A DNA stretch of 64,000 bases from Candidatus Bathyarchaeota archaeon. GTDB lineage: Archaea > Thermoproteota > Bathyarchaeia > Bathyarchaeales > Bathycorpusculaceae. The first letter of the stretch is position 1. Each line of letters opens with the position of its first letter. The notes beneath the pieces were generated by a model, which searched no databases, had not been told where the DNA came from, and saw nothing but the letters and a program-made list of their open reading frames with translations. This document shows, piece after piece, positions 1 to 9,693 of this stretch. A program made the translations under genes and the position numbers. The stretch covers positions 32,001 to 96,000 of the forward strand of contig CAWABA010000009.1 in NCBI GenBank assembly GCA_963780185.1, read 5' to 3'.

Positions 1-658
1 GTTCTCTCCACTTCAAAACGGCGCTATCCTCGGAACTGCCACTTAACTTAACAAATGTTTTATGATTCACTTTGACAAGATCTGATAATCTCAATATACT
101 TTCGAGAGTTTTATTATGCTTCCCAAATGATGTAAAACTAAGATCATACGCAATTTTTCCGCTTTTTTGCTTGACTAGGCCAGCCAATAGCAAAGTTGCT
201 TCATTTGATCTATCCAGAATCAAAAGATCAGTTTTTTCTGCGAGCGCTCTTGTTCTATTTGAGACGTCATTGCTTGAAATTTGATATTCTCTATCAAAAT
301 TACTCTTGCATCTTGGGCAATGCATTTCGAATTTATGACTACCGTTCGGAAAGATAAGATGTGCGAATTGTCGCGTAAATCTGAGATCCTTTTGATTGCC
401 TCTTTCGACAAGATTATCGTAATTTACACTGAATAATCTAAAATCCTCTTTTACGATTCTTTCTCCTAAATCATTTCCAATCAAACTGAAGACGAATGGT
501 TTGTTTCCAAGCAATGACATTAAACAGAGAGTATTTGCAACAGTTCCTCCTCCCGCACTACCGAGATATGTAAGATCAGATTGGGTTTCTTTAAGGGTTG
601 ACGATAAGAAGATGTGATCGACGGCGACTAACCCTGACCCCAGAACTATTTTAGCCAT
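1..658 (-). CDS. PfkB/ribokinase-family sugar or nucleoside kinase with H-x4-HCPRC insert, truncated by window edge
   Basis: Hand translation from ATG at 658, open to the edge: MAKIVLGSGLVAVDHIF...YLGSAGGGTVANTLCLMSLLG...SLIGNDLGERIVKEDF...HKFEMHCPRCK...AYDLS...SDLVKVN. The GG-xx-AN, IGND and D-lvk-N motifs are PfkB signatures. Start overlaps the upstream stop (TAATG). Confidence 0.85.
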   Translation of the reverse strand, partial: MAKIVLGSGLVAVDHIFLSSTLKETQSDLTYLGSAGGGTVANTLCLMSLLGNKPFVFSLIGNDLGERIVKEDFRLFSVNYDNLVERGNQKDLRFTRQFAHLIFPNGSHKFEMHCPRCKSNFDREYQISSNDVSNRTRALAEKTDLLILDRSNEATLLLAGLVKQKSGKIAYDLSFTSFGKHNKTLESILRLSDLVKVNHKTFVKLSGSSEDSAVLKWRE

Positions 659-1557
659 TAAGTGCACTTCCGAAGGACCATAATCCCTTGCGTTCCCACA
701 TTTGAATTTATAGGTATTTCGTTTTTTGGAGTTAGGAAATGCGAGCCTGTTAAGGCGCCTGCTATTACCGTAGTCAAGAAACCATTTGTACTTCCTCCAG
801 GCGTCAAGACTGGGCGACTTATTGATACACTAGGACTGGGAATGGCTTTTAGAGTCCTGTAAAGCTGATCAAACGCTTGATCCGGACACAAGGAGTCCAG
901 GTAAATGATATTTCTCGTTCTGGTTCTGTACTTTTCCAGCATTTGATAATGATTTGTTAAAGTGCGCTCTCCCCATTGAATGGAGCGGTTTGGAAATTCC
1001 AAAAGGGGAAACACATCGTAAGGATCCAAGTTTTCAGCTGCTTGTTCAAGGGCAGTTCGGTCGCGTAATAGCGCGGGGTACCACCATACGGGAACAGAAT
1101 TAGACGACTGAGCCACATAGGAAACGCCGAAAGGATCTGCATGCCATAATTCAAAAGGGGCGTCTTTTTGAGACACTTCCCCCTCAGGGATTACTATTCC
1201 CAATGCGATATTCTTTCCTTTCATTATATGGTCTTTCCAATTGATGATGATTGAAGCAATGCACTCAGTTGGGAGATTAGAAGGGTCAAACCAGTAGAGT
1301 ATAGGGCTTCCATCAAGATCATCGACTACCGAATCCAGAGCTTTAGAAGAGTTTTTCAGACAAACGCAAGCTATCTCAATACTTTTGCAGTTATATGGTA
1401 ACGGATTATATGTATTAGTTGGATTATCCAGATGTTTTGTTTGGTGCGGATTGATTATCAATTTGCCTTCGAGGGCTGACCTGTTAAAAGGGGGTGAATT
1501 GCACTCTAAGTAGTCCATTGTTATGATTACCTTGGGAGAGATGTTTCCAGCTTGCAT
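658..1557 (-). CDS. Uncharacterised alpha/beta protein, possibly tandem Rossmann/CARF-like, in PRTase-PfkB operon
   Basis: 299 aa ORF coupled to both neighbours. Strand-end motifs WFDPSNLP, WWYPALL, VFPLLEFP, NIIYLDSLCP, VLTPGGS. Fold call is inference. Confidence 0.6.
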   Translation of the reverse strand: MQAGNISPKVIITMDYLECNSPPFNRSALEGKLIINPHQTKHLDNPTNTYNPLPYNCKSIEIACVCLKNSSKALDSVVDDLDGSPILYWFDPSNLPTECIASIIINWKDHIMKGKNIALGIVIPEGEVSQKDAPFELWHADPFGVSYVAQSSNSVPVWWYPALLRDRTALEQAAENLDPYDVFPLLEFPNRSIQWGERTLTNHYQMLEKYRTRTRNIIYLDSLCPDQAFDQLYRTLKAIPSPSVSISRPVLTPGGSTNGFLTTVIAGALTGSHFLTPKNEIPINSNVGTQGIMVLRKCT

Positions 1558-1561
1558 TCAA

Positions 1562-2632
1562 TTACCTCGCAGGAGTGTGGTGCACCACTCTCGGGAAGAG
1601 AGGATACCAGTCATTTTCATGCCATAATAAGTACAAAGAATCATTTGGACAATTTGATTGAAGAATTAACGTCAAACCGGCACTCCCGTATCCATATTTA
1701 GCGCCCCCGCCAACTCTTGTGTGTTCATCTTCCTTAAATCTGTCGTAGTACTTATCACATAATTTTGCTACTGATTTGTTGACGTCAATTCCTGTTCCAT
1801 CTGCATTAGAAATACAAAAAGAGATTGGCAACCAACATGTAGGGTATATTTTTACAAAAGGAACTGAGCACTCGCTTAGATATTTTGGTAGTCTGTTATC
1901 AAGATTTTTCTCTGAAACTGAAGTTTGGATGAATGGGCAGTAGTAAATTTTGTCTTCTTTTATGAAATCCTTCCAAAGACCTTGAAAACGAGGAATTTTT
2001 CCCGTCCATACTCCATTCTTATTCCGTAACGCTGTGTCTCCGCTTGCTGATATTTGGTCAATCAAAAAGATGTTTTTGTGAGGAGGTAGCTCTTTCATAG
2101 AGGTTTTGTCTCGTTTATAATATTCAACGAAATTCTCTTTACTGAATGAATGATATCTCATCGCGTAACGGCGAAAGAAATCAAAGTGCATATCATCAGC
2201 GCAAGCAACGAAAATACTTCTTCTCAATTCTGCATCTAAATTCAAGCTCCGGGTGGCCATGTAATCATTCCAATTATTGATTGAGGCATTTACGGAGTTT
2301 TGTAAAATGCAATACCGCGCGTTTTCAAAGGTTCTGATAGCTAATTGCTTCATTTCATACGTACTAATAAATTTGAGAGACTTCACTATTTCCATTGCTG
2401 CCTGTCTGTCTTCCTTGTCGAAATTATCAAGCCATTTAAGAAGTCTGCTTTCAAATGTTTCCCCTGGAAATGAATGATCATATCTGTCATACTTTCTACG
2501 ACTCAAAAAGAGTATTCTTGCTGTTTCGTCTGCAGAAATATCTACCCCTAAATAGGTTAAAGCTAGCCGCAATTGCTCTGTCTGGCTCTCAAAAGAACTA
2601 AAGGTATATGGGCGATATTCTGTAATAGTCAA
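1562..2632 (-). CDS. Divergent phosphoribosyltransferase-like protein (conflict-associated type)
   Basis: PRPP-loop-like IFLIDQISASGDT; C-terminal YGYGSAGLTLILQSNCPNDSLYLLW...WYPLFPR; N-terminal KYDRY...PGETFESRLLKWLDNF. Confidence 0.7.
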   Translation of the reverse strand: MTITEYRPYTFSSFESQTEQLRLALTYLGVDISADETARILFLSRRKYDRYDHSFPGETFESRLLKWLDNFDKEDRQAAMEIVKSLKFISTYEMKQLAIRTFENARYCILQNSVNASINNWNDYMATRSLNLDAELRRSIFVACADDMHFDFFRRYAMRYHSFSKENFVEYYKRDKTSMKELPPHKNIFLIDQISASGDTALRNKNGVWTGKIPRFQGLWKDFIKEDKIYYCPFIQTSVSEKNLDNRLPKYLSECSVPFVKIYPTCWLPISFCISNADGTGIDVNKSVAKLCDKYYDRFKEDEHTRVGGGAKYGYGSAGLTLILQSNCPNDSLYLLWHENDWYPLFPRVVHHTPAR

Positions 2633-3065
2633 CTACCTTGGACGAGATATGGATGGTTTTTGCTTATATGTTTAATTAATCTTCCTCAATTCTCAACCAA
2701 GCCTACTCTATTAAACATCTTGCAAGTCGCAGTTTTTCAGCCCATCCCAAAGGTTTCAACCCGCAAAAATGTTCAAGCTCTATCCAAGGAAGCACCCTAA
2801 AACGCAAGATCTACTTGCGAAGCTGCAATTTTGCGTTGCTTTTCTGGAAAAGGTTGTCGAACATGCGCATGCGGGCTTAATCAAATTGATTGAAGATCGG
2901 GTACCTGTCGTTGCCGGTCGGTTACTTGAATTGAGATTGATGCTCCGCCTGAGATGTCTTTTTGCTTTACTTTATATTGTTTCACTAACAGCGAAAATGG
3001 GCGCGTGTCAGAAAAATAAGCCATTAGTAATTTGCGCTGTAAGTGTTTGGTTCCTCAAAGCCAGT

Positions 3066-3350
3066 CGCCCATAACTGACAATGTCATCGCTGAATTTCAA
3101 CATGGTATTGTCGCAGAAAGTCGCATCCGCCCATCCCGCAACATAGAACACGACCAGACACGACCAGACCTACAAGCGGATTGGGCTCGTTTTCAAAAAA
3201 GCAACTTGAAACGCAACAGGAAAAAGTCTCAACTTTCCCCAAAACAAAAGTCGCAACGAAAAAGTTAACTTCCGCAAAAACCAGCAGAACCAACCCAAAC
3301 CGCAGCAACCAAAAAAAACCGAAACCGCAAGAATGCAACACCAATTTTTT
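3066..3350. repeat. Dispersed intergenic repeat family A, copy 1
   Basis: Shares CCGCCCATCCCGCAACATAGAACACGACCAGAC and AAAAAAGCAACTTGAAACGCAA-AAAAAGTCTCAACTT blocks with 32895-33135. Confidence 0.85.
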
Positions 3351-3422
3351 TTGGTTCTCCGAAACCCATAAATGGGGAGAGCTGAAGTATAGAAGAGATA
3401 ACGGAATCATGAGGATTACACC

Positions 3423-3650
3423 ATGAGCGAAATGACAACCGAAATCCTTGAACAAAACCTCAGTAAAGTCGTACTTGTACGGCTTAAAGGCGGAAAAAGC
3501 CTCCGGGGAAGACTAAAGGGTTTCGACCAACACTTAAACCTCGTCCTAGAAGAAACAGAAGACACAACCCAAGTTGAAAACCAAAAGAAACTGGGACTAA
3601 TAATCGTCCGCGGAGACAACGTAGTCCTAATATCACCACCGCCTAGGTGA
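3423..3650 (+). CDS. Sm-like archaeal protein (SmAP/LSm)
   Basis: Sm1 motif [14 protein letters not shown], Sm2 motif [11 protein letters not shown]; conserved linkage to L37e. Confidence 0.95.
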   Translation: MSEMTTEILEQNLSKVVLVRLKGGKSLRGRLKGFDQHLNLVLEETEDTTQVENQKKLGLIIVRGDNVVLISPPPR

Positions 3651-3655
3651 CCACG

Positions 3656-3844
3656 ATGGGAAAAGGAACTCCATCAATGGGCAAGCGCCAAGGCAAAACC
3701 GTCCACATAAAATGCCGACGCTGCGGAAGACGAGCATACCACGTACGGCACAAACGTTGCGCGGCATGCGGCTTCGGCGAAACCACAAAGATGCGGCATT
3801 ACACCTGGATGCGCAAGACTCTTCAAAGAGTAAGAGTCGTCTAA
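3656..3844 (+). CDS. rpl37e: 50S ribosomal protein L37e
   Basis: [11 protein letters not shown]...[13 protein letters not shown]...CAACGFG. Confidence 0.95.
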   Translation: MGKGTPSMGKRQGKTVHIKCRRCGRRAYHVRHKRCAACGFGETTKMRHYTWMRKTLQRVRVV

Positions 3845-3957
3845 CCCAACTTTCAACCATCTGATTCTTAAACTAAAGCAGCACTGTTTTTGAATTCAAA
3901 TTTAGATAGCATAAGCTAAGCTAGAACATCACAAAAAATAAAATAAGGTGGATAAGC

Positions 3958-4569
3958 TCAGTTTGGCGAGTTATAGTAGCCTTTGTCTACTTTGACAAAG
4001 ATCAAGGGACCTTTACTCTGAGCCATCTCGCGGGCTTTCCGAAGCGCCTCGTTAACTATGGTGAAAACCTGTTCACGCTCGTTTAGTTCCTGCACGCGTT
4101 TTTCTCCGAGTTCCATCTTTAGCAAATTCTCCGCCAATATTTCTGTGCCGCAGATTTCCCCGTTCTTAAGCAGGGTTGTAATGATGATTTCCTGAAGCTC
4201 CTGTTTGTGGTCAATCCTCTTCCACAGAGGCTCGGCGTTGGATAGCGTTTTGGAAATCTTGTTCCATCGAGTAGCGTTCTGGTCGCCTATCAGCAGTTTG
4301 ACGCGTTCCTTCCACTTCTTGAACCAAATTCCAATCCAAACAGTTAAGAACGCCTCCAGCTCCGAGGAATCCTCTTTAAAAACTGCCTCCAGCCTTTCAA
4401 CCAATTCGCATTGGCTTGCTTCTTTCCCAATCAAGTTCCAATGAAACTTGAGGAAGTTTGTGAAGTCTTGACAAGCCACCTGCAAGACTTTGCGGTCAGA
4501 CCCTATAACGTCAAGAGCTGGATCCGCATCCTTCAATTTCTCCCCTATCATCAATTCAACAAAGTTCAT
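3958..4569 (-). CDS. Hypothetical helical protein
   Basis: ~200 aa ORF with coding-like composition; no motif recognised. Confidence 0.7.
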   Translation of the reverse strand: MNFVELMIGEKLKDADPALDVIGSDRKVLQVACQDFTNFLKFHWNLIGKEASQCELVERLEAVFKEDSSELEAFLTVWIGIWFKKWKERVKLLIGDQNATRWNKISKTLSNAEPLWKRIDHKQELQEIIITTLLKNGEICGTEILAENLLKMELGEKRVQELNEREQVFTIVNEALRKAREMAQSKGPLIFVKVDKGYYNSPN

Positions 4570-4702
4570 TCTGATTCCCGCTCCTAAGCCCTCTCCAAAT
4601 AATGCTAAGATCAAGGTTTCTGATAAACCTTATTTTTTCTGAGACATATAAACGCCTAAGACGATTTCACACAATATTACAGCTTTCGATATACCGACTG
4701 AA

Positions 4703-5359
4703 TCATCCGATGAAGTTTGGAAGCGCCGTAACATCGTTTAAAATCAAGTCTGGCTCTTCTTTAGCAAGTTCACTCGATTGATAGAGCCCCGATAAAACGG
4801 CAACAGTACGTGCTCCAGCAGCTTTTCCAGCCCGCACATCATTAACCGAATCACCAGCGATGACGCAGTCGCTTATATCAACATCCAACGTTCTAACACA
4901 GTCCAAGAGCGCTTCAGGTGAAGGTTTAGGCTTAGTCGTGTCCAGAGCCGTTACTACGTAGCTAAAATATCTTGATATTCCAAAGAACTCAAGCTCTTTT
5001 CTGATGGACTGCTTCGGCACATACCGCATGGTTATGAGGGCAAGTTTCCTTTTTTCCGCCAACGCTTCAAGCGCGGCTTTAACATCCGGCATTAGCCTAG
5101 TTTTGTGCCGGGTAACTGCATAGAAGGTTTTCAAGTATGTGCTCAGGAACCTTTTGGTTTCACCGTATGTGATGTCATCTATCGGGAAACCCTGCTCAAG
5201 TCTCCGAGGGATTTCCAAAGCCGTTTCATCTGCTGCTGGCATTTGACCGATGGCTCGGAACGACACCCTTGCCGCTTCCAAGTAGGCTTCAGTAGAGTCA
5301 ACTATGGTGCCGTCCAAATCCAAGAAAATAGCTTTTGCTTTGAAGCCGTTGTCGAGCAT
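4703..5359 (-). CDS. HAD-family hydrolase (phosphoglycolate phosphatase-like)
   Basis: Motif I DLDGT, KPKPSP, GDSVNDVRAGKAAG. Confidence 0.9.
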   Translation of the reverse strand: MLDNGFKAKAIFLDLDGTIVDSTEAYLEAARVSFRAIGQMPAADETALEIPRRLEQGFPIDDITYGETKRFLSTYLKTFYAVTRHKTRLMPDVKAALEALAEKRKLALITMRYVPKQSIRKELEFFGISRYFSYVVTALDTTKPKPSPEALLDCVRTLDVDISDCVIAGDSVNDVRAGKAAGARTVAVLSGLYQSSELAKEEPDLILNDVTALPNFIG

Positions 5360-5825
5360 TTCTCTCGGCTCTTCACTGTGCACTTTATTTCTTAAAGGTT
5401 TCTTATGTTCCGCCAAGAAACAACGTCTCGGCACCAATTCTGAAACGGGGGCTATTCTGAAGATGACGTTTTGGTCGAAGACATTTCCTTCAAAAAGAAT
5501 TTCCGCTAATCCGTTTAGGAGGAGTTTTGGGTTCGTGTTTCTTTTCCGCGGATGAATGACAGTATCCCACTAGCACCAATATGGCTTATGGAGGCGTAGA
5601 AGGAGTTGTCTACTTCTTTTTCTTAATTGTTGGTCGAAGGTTAATTTATCAATACGCCGCATAGGAGATTCAGGTTTTAGAGGCAGAATCAGTTTTCGAA
5701 GAGAGAGCATCGGGCTCTGACCGATACATCGCGTCTGATGGTTAATGTTTGGAAAGGGTCCAGATAACTAATTATAATTCGCAGAACCTAATTTGAAGAC
5801 AAACCTGCTCCAGCTGTGTTTCCAA

Positions 5826-6295
5826 ATGCCTGAGAAAAACGCTTCTCCAACCGACATATTCAGTTTGATGTCAGAAGAGAGCCCAGAGCAGGCAAGGAAA
5901 ACGCGAAGGAAAGAGCTTCTGGAGCCCACAGGCGTAAAGGATGTTTTCAAGGAAGGCAAAATAGACATTAACAAGTTCACCTGCGTCGGAGTGCAATGCA
6001 AATTATGCATCAAAGCCTGCCCCACGAACGCATTTACTGGTCAAATAGCGGGGTTGGTGTTGTTGATGATTTATGTGTTTACTGCGGCGGCTGCGTTTTG
6101 AACTGTATGGTTGACGACTGCATAAAAATTGAGCGGAAACGTGAAGATGGCTCAAAAGAACGTTTCAGTAAGCCAAAAGACGTCATTGCAGTCGCTGAGA
6201 AGGTTAATTCGAAGAAACGTTTAGAACGGGTGAAGGCTGTTTTCCCGACGGCTGAAAACTACTGTCATAGGTACCTCGACAAATCCGAATTGTAG
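5826..6295 (+). CDS. 4Fe-4S dicluster ferredoxin-domain protein (frameshift ~6032)
   Basis: CVGVQCKLCIKACP in one frame and CVYCGGCVLNC in the next. Confidence 0.8.
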
Positions 6296-6327
6296 ATCCC
6301 TTCACGTGACGGTAACTTGGCTTTTGA

Positions 6328-7498
6328 TTAGAAATGTTGGTCAAGAGACTTAGCGCGTTTGATTGAAGCCACTGTTCCGCTACGCGTCGTCAACTCGATT
6401 TTTTCCCGTAACCTTTTTTTGCCAAAACGTTCTCTAAGAGCAGTTCGTCGCCAAGTTTCAAGTCTTTAAGCTCGTCTGCATGTTCGCGCCATGCTGTAAC
6501 CTGAACTGTTCCCGACCCGTCTTTTAGCTCAAAAACTGTCAAATTCACTTTTTCACCCTTGTTAGTTGTTACTTCCCTGTTTTTGGGAGCCGATGCGACG
6601 ACGCCGCGAACGTCTACAATTTGGTTTTCCGTTAAGCTATCGATTTGGGTTAACTGCAACGGGTTTGTTTGGACGTTGATGTAAGTGTTAGAGTCCACGT
6701 GGGCTTCAAACCCGCCGTTCTGCGCATCTTTAACTCTGGCATTAATCAGCAGCAAACGTGAATTAGGCTTCAGAGTTTCCAGTTCAGTGGCTTTTTCGTT
6801 CCAAACCACGGCTGTAACTTGCCCCGAATCATCGGCGAGTGTTACTCGCATGACTTTGCCCTCGACGTCGTCAGTTCGTGCAAAAGTCGTTAATGCTGAA
6901 ACCGCCTTCACTGTACCTGAAAGATGAACGGTGCCCGATGCGCAGTTGAGGGAGCCTATTTTTGTGGTGAATTTCTCTGCGGATGGGTAGGTGCTGGTTT
7001 TTTCTGGGGGGTCAACTTCGATTTTGCTTTTGCCTCCAGATGCAGCTCCACTTTGCCGTAGCGGTCTTCGCGAGTGTATCCGTGGAGGAGCCGAATTGTT
7101 TGTCCTATGATTAGTTGGCCGCCTTCAACCAGGTTTGCTTTGTCGTTCCAGAGCATAACCCGCAGGAGTCCTTCGTCGTCGGCGATCATTAAGGTGGCGT
7201 ATTTGCCTGGTTTTTCTCCTTCGAAGGTGCGGATGGGGAAAACAGCGATTAGGCGACCCTCCACGGTAACATCGTTTAAGCCAGCGAATAATCGGTTGCT
7301 CGACAGGGTGCCGCTGTTGTTTATGCAGTTCTGTTCAACCACGACCCCGAACTTCGCCGCGATAAGCCTCAGAAGCGTCTCGTCTGCAAGCAAACCGCCG
7401 CTTCTCGCTCTCTTATCCCGCAGCATCTCCAAAATCTGCTCTTCGGTAACCTGCGGGTTTTGTGCGAGAATTTTCTGGACGATGTCTATTGAGGTCAT
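6328..7498 (-). CDS. Replication protein A-like multi-OB-fold ssDNA-binding protein (frameshifted)
   Basis: N-terminal GGLLADETLLRLIA; three OB repeats (IADDEGLLRVMLWND, LADDSGQVTAVVWNE, LKDGSGTVQVTAWRE) split over frames. Confidence 0.85.
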
Positions 7499-7621
7499 CT
7501 TGCGCCGACACGAATACAATTCTGGCGCTTTTAATTTTTTTGCATTTCTCAACCCTGAATTCGATGTGAGGTTGCGACGAGCTTGGCTGACGGTTTGCTT
7601 TTTGTATTGGTTTTTGGTCAC

Positions 7622-7812
7622 AAATAGTAGACCCCTCCCTCGGTCTGTTCGGATCCATATTTACATTGGAATTTTGAGGTAAATACTAGACCCCCTCCCC
7701 TCGTCGGGTCGGCGCTTGATGGGCTTGTTTTGGGTTGCTTTTTTGTTTTAGAGCTTGATTATGTGCCTTTTTTGTTTTGTTCAATTTTGTAAATCAAAGA
7801 CTTTCTGCGGCG
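7622..7812. repeat. Dispersed intergenic repeat family B, copy 1 (core duplicated at 7622 and 7681)
   Basis: Core AAATA(G/C)TAGACCCCTCCC occurs twice; 7651-7812 aligns by eye to 41373-41567. Confidence 0.8.
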
Positions 7813-7951
7813 TGTCTTCTCACGAAAGCGGAGAAAATCAATGTTGCCTTGCGAGGATGGGGCTGTTGCAGTGACATTGAACAAGGGTTTTGTGTCTTCC
7901 AGAATTCCTAAAAGGTTTTAAGCGCTCGGCTCACAGTATCATGCGGTACCC

Positions 7952-8539
7952 ATGGGCTTTCTTAAAAAACTTGAAGGACACTTAGTTGCGCCAAAAGCCG
8001 ACGTCAACCTGCAACTCCAAGACCAATACGCTGTCTTAGGTGATAACTTGGAAGGAACACTCACGGTTACGCCGCATGAAGACATAGCGTCAGACGAAAT
8101 CCGCCTCGAAATCAAATGCGCTGAAACCGTGAAGGTCATGAAAACCGAGTACGACCCCGCCCTCAAAATGGTGGTCAATCGGCAAGTAACCGAAAATCTG
8201 GTTCTCTACCAAGCAAAACCCCAATGCAACCCAGCCATCGCCCTCACAAACGGCGTCAGCAGCAGCTTCAAATTCAGCATCCCCCTTCCCGCCGGAGCCC
8301 GCCCAACCTACATGTCCGCAGAAGACACGGTCCAGTGGGAAATCAAAGGCGTAATCGCCGTCCACGGAAGACCCGACGTAACCACCAAAGAAACCATCTT
8401 ACAGGTCATCCCGCCAAGCGAAAGACCCCAAAATGAACCGCCAAAAGTGCGTCTTGTCGCATGCCAATACTGCCAAACAGAAATGCCTGAAACCACCCTA
8501 ACCTGCCCAAACTGCGGAGCAAGAAGAACCGCACAATAA
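7952..8539 (+). CDS. Arrestin-N/SpoOM-like beta-sandwich protein with C-terminal zinc ribbon
   Basis: LGDNLEGTLTV...FKFSIPLPAGARPTY...VQWEIKGVI; CQYC...CPNCG. Confidence 0.65.
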   Translation: MGFLKKLEGHLVAPKADVNLQLQDQYAVLGDNLEGTLTVTPHEDIASDEIRLEIKCAETVKVMKTEYDPALKMVVNRQVTENLVLYQAKPQCNPAIALTNGVSSSFKFSIPLPAGARPTYMSAEDTVQWEIKGVIAVHGRPDVTTKETILQVIPPSERPQNEPPKVRLVACQYCQTEMPETTLTCPNCGARRTAQ

Positions 8540-8578
8540 ACCAAATCTCACGGCTTTCACGTTTCAAGAGGAATAATC

Positions 8579-8815
8579 ATGAAGAATTCGGAATGCACAA
8601 TCTACATCATGTTCAAGGGTAGGTGGATACAGAAGTTTCGCAAAGAAGAGGACGGCTGGATGGAATACAGCCAAAACGGCACCGTGCGCCCATGCACCGC
8701 CGAGCAATTCATATCGCACCTGCTTCCGCCGTTGGCTGGGATAAAAGGGCCAGAAGTCACCGTCAAAGTCGAATCCAACCCAGAAACCACTAACCTAAAC
8801 GCGTCCACCCGTTAA
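8579..8815 (+). CDS. Small hypothetical protein
   Basis: 78 aa ORF preceded by GAGGA RBS. Confidence 0.55.
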   Translation: MKNSECTIYIMFKGRWIQKFRKEEDGWMEYSQNGTVRPCTAEQFISHLLPPLAGIKGPEVTVKVESNPETTNLNASTR

Positions 8816-9615
8816 CTCAACTTTTTTCGGTACCTCAGCAAAGCCATCGAGAACGCTGCAAAAAACAGGGGCAACACCGCCAGCCACGGAAACTCTGGGA
8901 CTGCGGCTGTTGCAGTTGACGTTGGGTCTGGTGTTGTCCTTGTCGGTTCAGGCGTGGTTGCGTCGATGGGCGCTGAGGCGGCGCCGTTGTTGACGGTGAT
9001 TGTCCGGGTGCTGCTCCAGTCGCTTCTTTGCCCGTTGAAGTCATAGAAGCCATCTTGGGTGGGGATATATCCGATGCATGCCTGCGCTTGAAATTCGACC
9101 TGGCTACCGACAGGAGGCTGATCTGTTCCGAAAAGAAGTGGCAGCTTCTCAGTTATCGTGGTAAATTCCGAGCTAGATGCTGCGAGGTCTGGGTTGAAAA
9201 TGCTGTAGATAGATGCGGAGCATCGCCCGACTCCGACGCCGTTGTCGTCAAAGGGGAAATACATCCAGTTGGTTCCGTAGGTTCCTTTGAACCGAAGGTT
9301 GTAGCAGAGGCTGACATTGTAGCCGTATGAGTTGATGTACGAAGTGAAGGGCTGGTTCTCTATAGTGAACACGAAGGATTTGTTTTCGACGTGGTCGCCC
9401 TGTTTGGTAATCACGGTTTGCCCTGTGAACTGGTCTACTCCGTAGGTCGGCAGTATATCATACGAATTATCTACGTATCTAATGGAGAATCTCGGCGTAG
9501 AGGGCTTAGTTGTCGTTGATTGGGCGCCTGCTGGTACCGACGCCAGTAGGATAAGGGTTGAAGTGGCGATTGTCAAAACGAGCAGCAAAGCCAAACTCTG
9601 TCGGATTCTTTCCAT
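8812..9615 (-). CDS. Secreted surface protein with PEF-CTERM-like anchor
   Basis: Signal peptide; P/T linker; VPEFP + TM helix + RYRKK. Confidence 0.85.
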   Translation of the reverse strand: MERIRQSLALLLVLTIATSTLILLASVPAGAQSTTTKPSTPRFSIRYVDNSYDILPTYGVDQFTGQTVITKQGDHVENKSFVFTIENQPFTSYINSYGYNVSLCYNLRFKGTYGTNWMYFPFDDNGVGVGRCSASIYSIFNPDLAASSSEFTTITEKLPLLFGTDQPPVGSQVEFQAQACIGYIPTQDGFYDFNGQRSDWSSTRTITVNNGAASAPIDATTPEPTRTTPDPTSTATAAVPEFPWLAVLPLFFAAFSMALLRYRKKLS

Positions 9616-9653
9616 GATTGCATCTTGCAGCTGATTGAAATAAAAGCCTGTTC

Positions 9654-9693
9654 GTTAAGGTTTCTTGACTTCGATTAGTCAAGGTTTCTTGAG
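9654..9693 (-). promoter_or_regulatory. Paired GTCAAG-N4-CTTGAC boxes upstream of TATA (site 1)
   Basis: Boxes 9654-9669 and 9678-9693; proximal box is 8 bp from TTTTATT on minus strand. Confidence 0.75.

Noticed and set aside
5695-5750. C/D box sRNA (two CTGA boxes)
   Set aside because: No convincing RUGAUGA C box.
7622-7720. CRISPR-like mini array
   Set aside because: Only two degenerate units and no cas genes.
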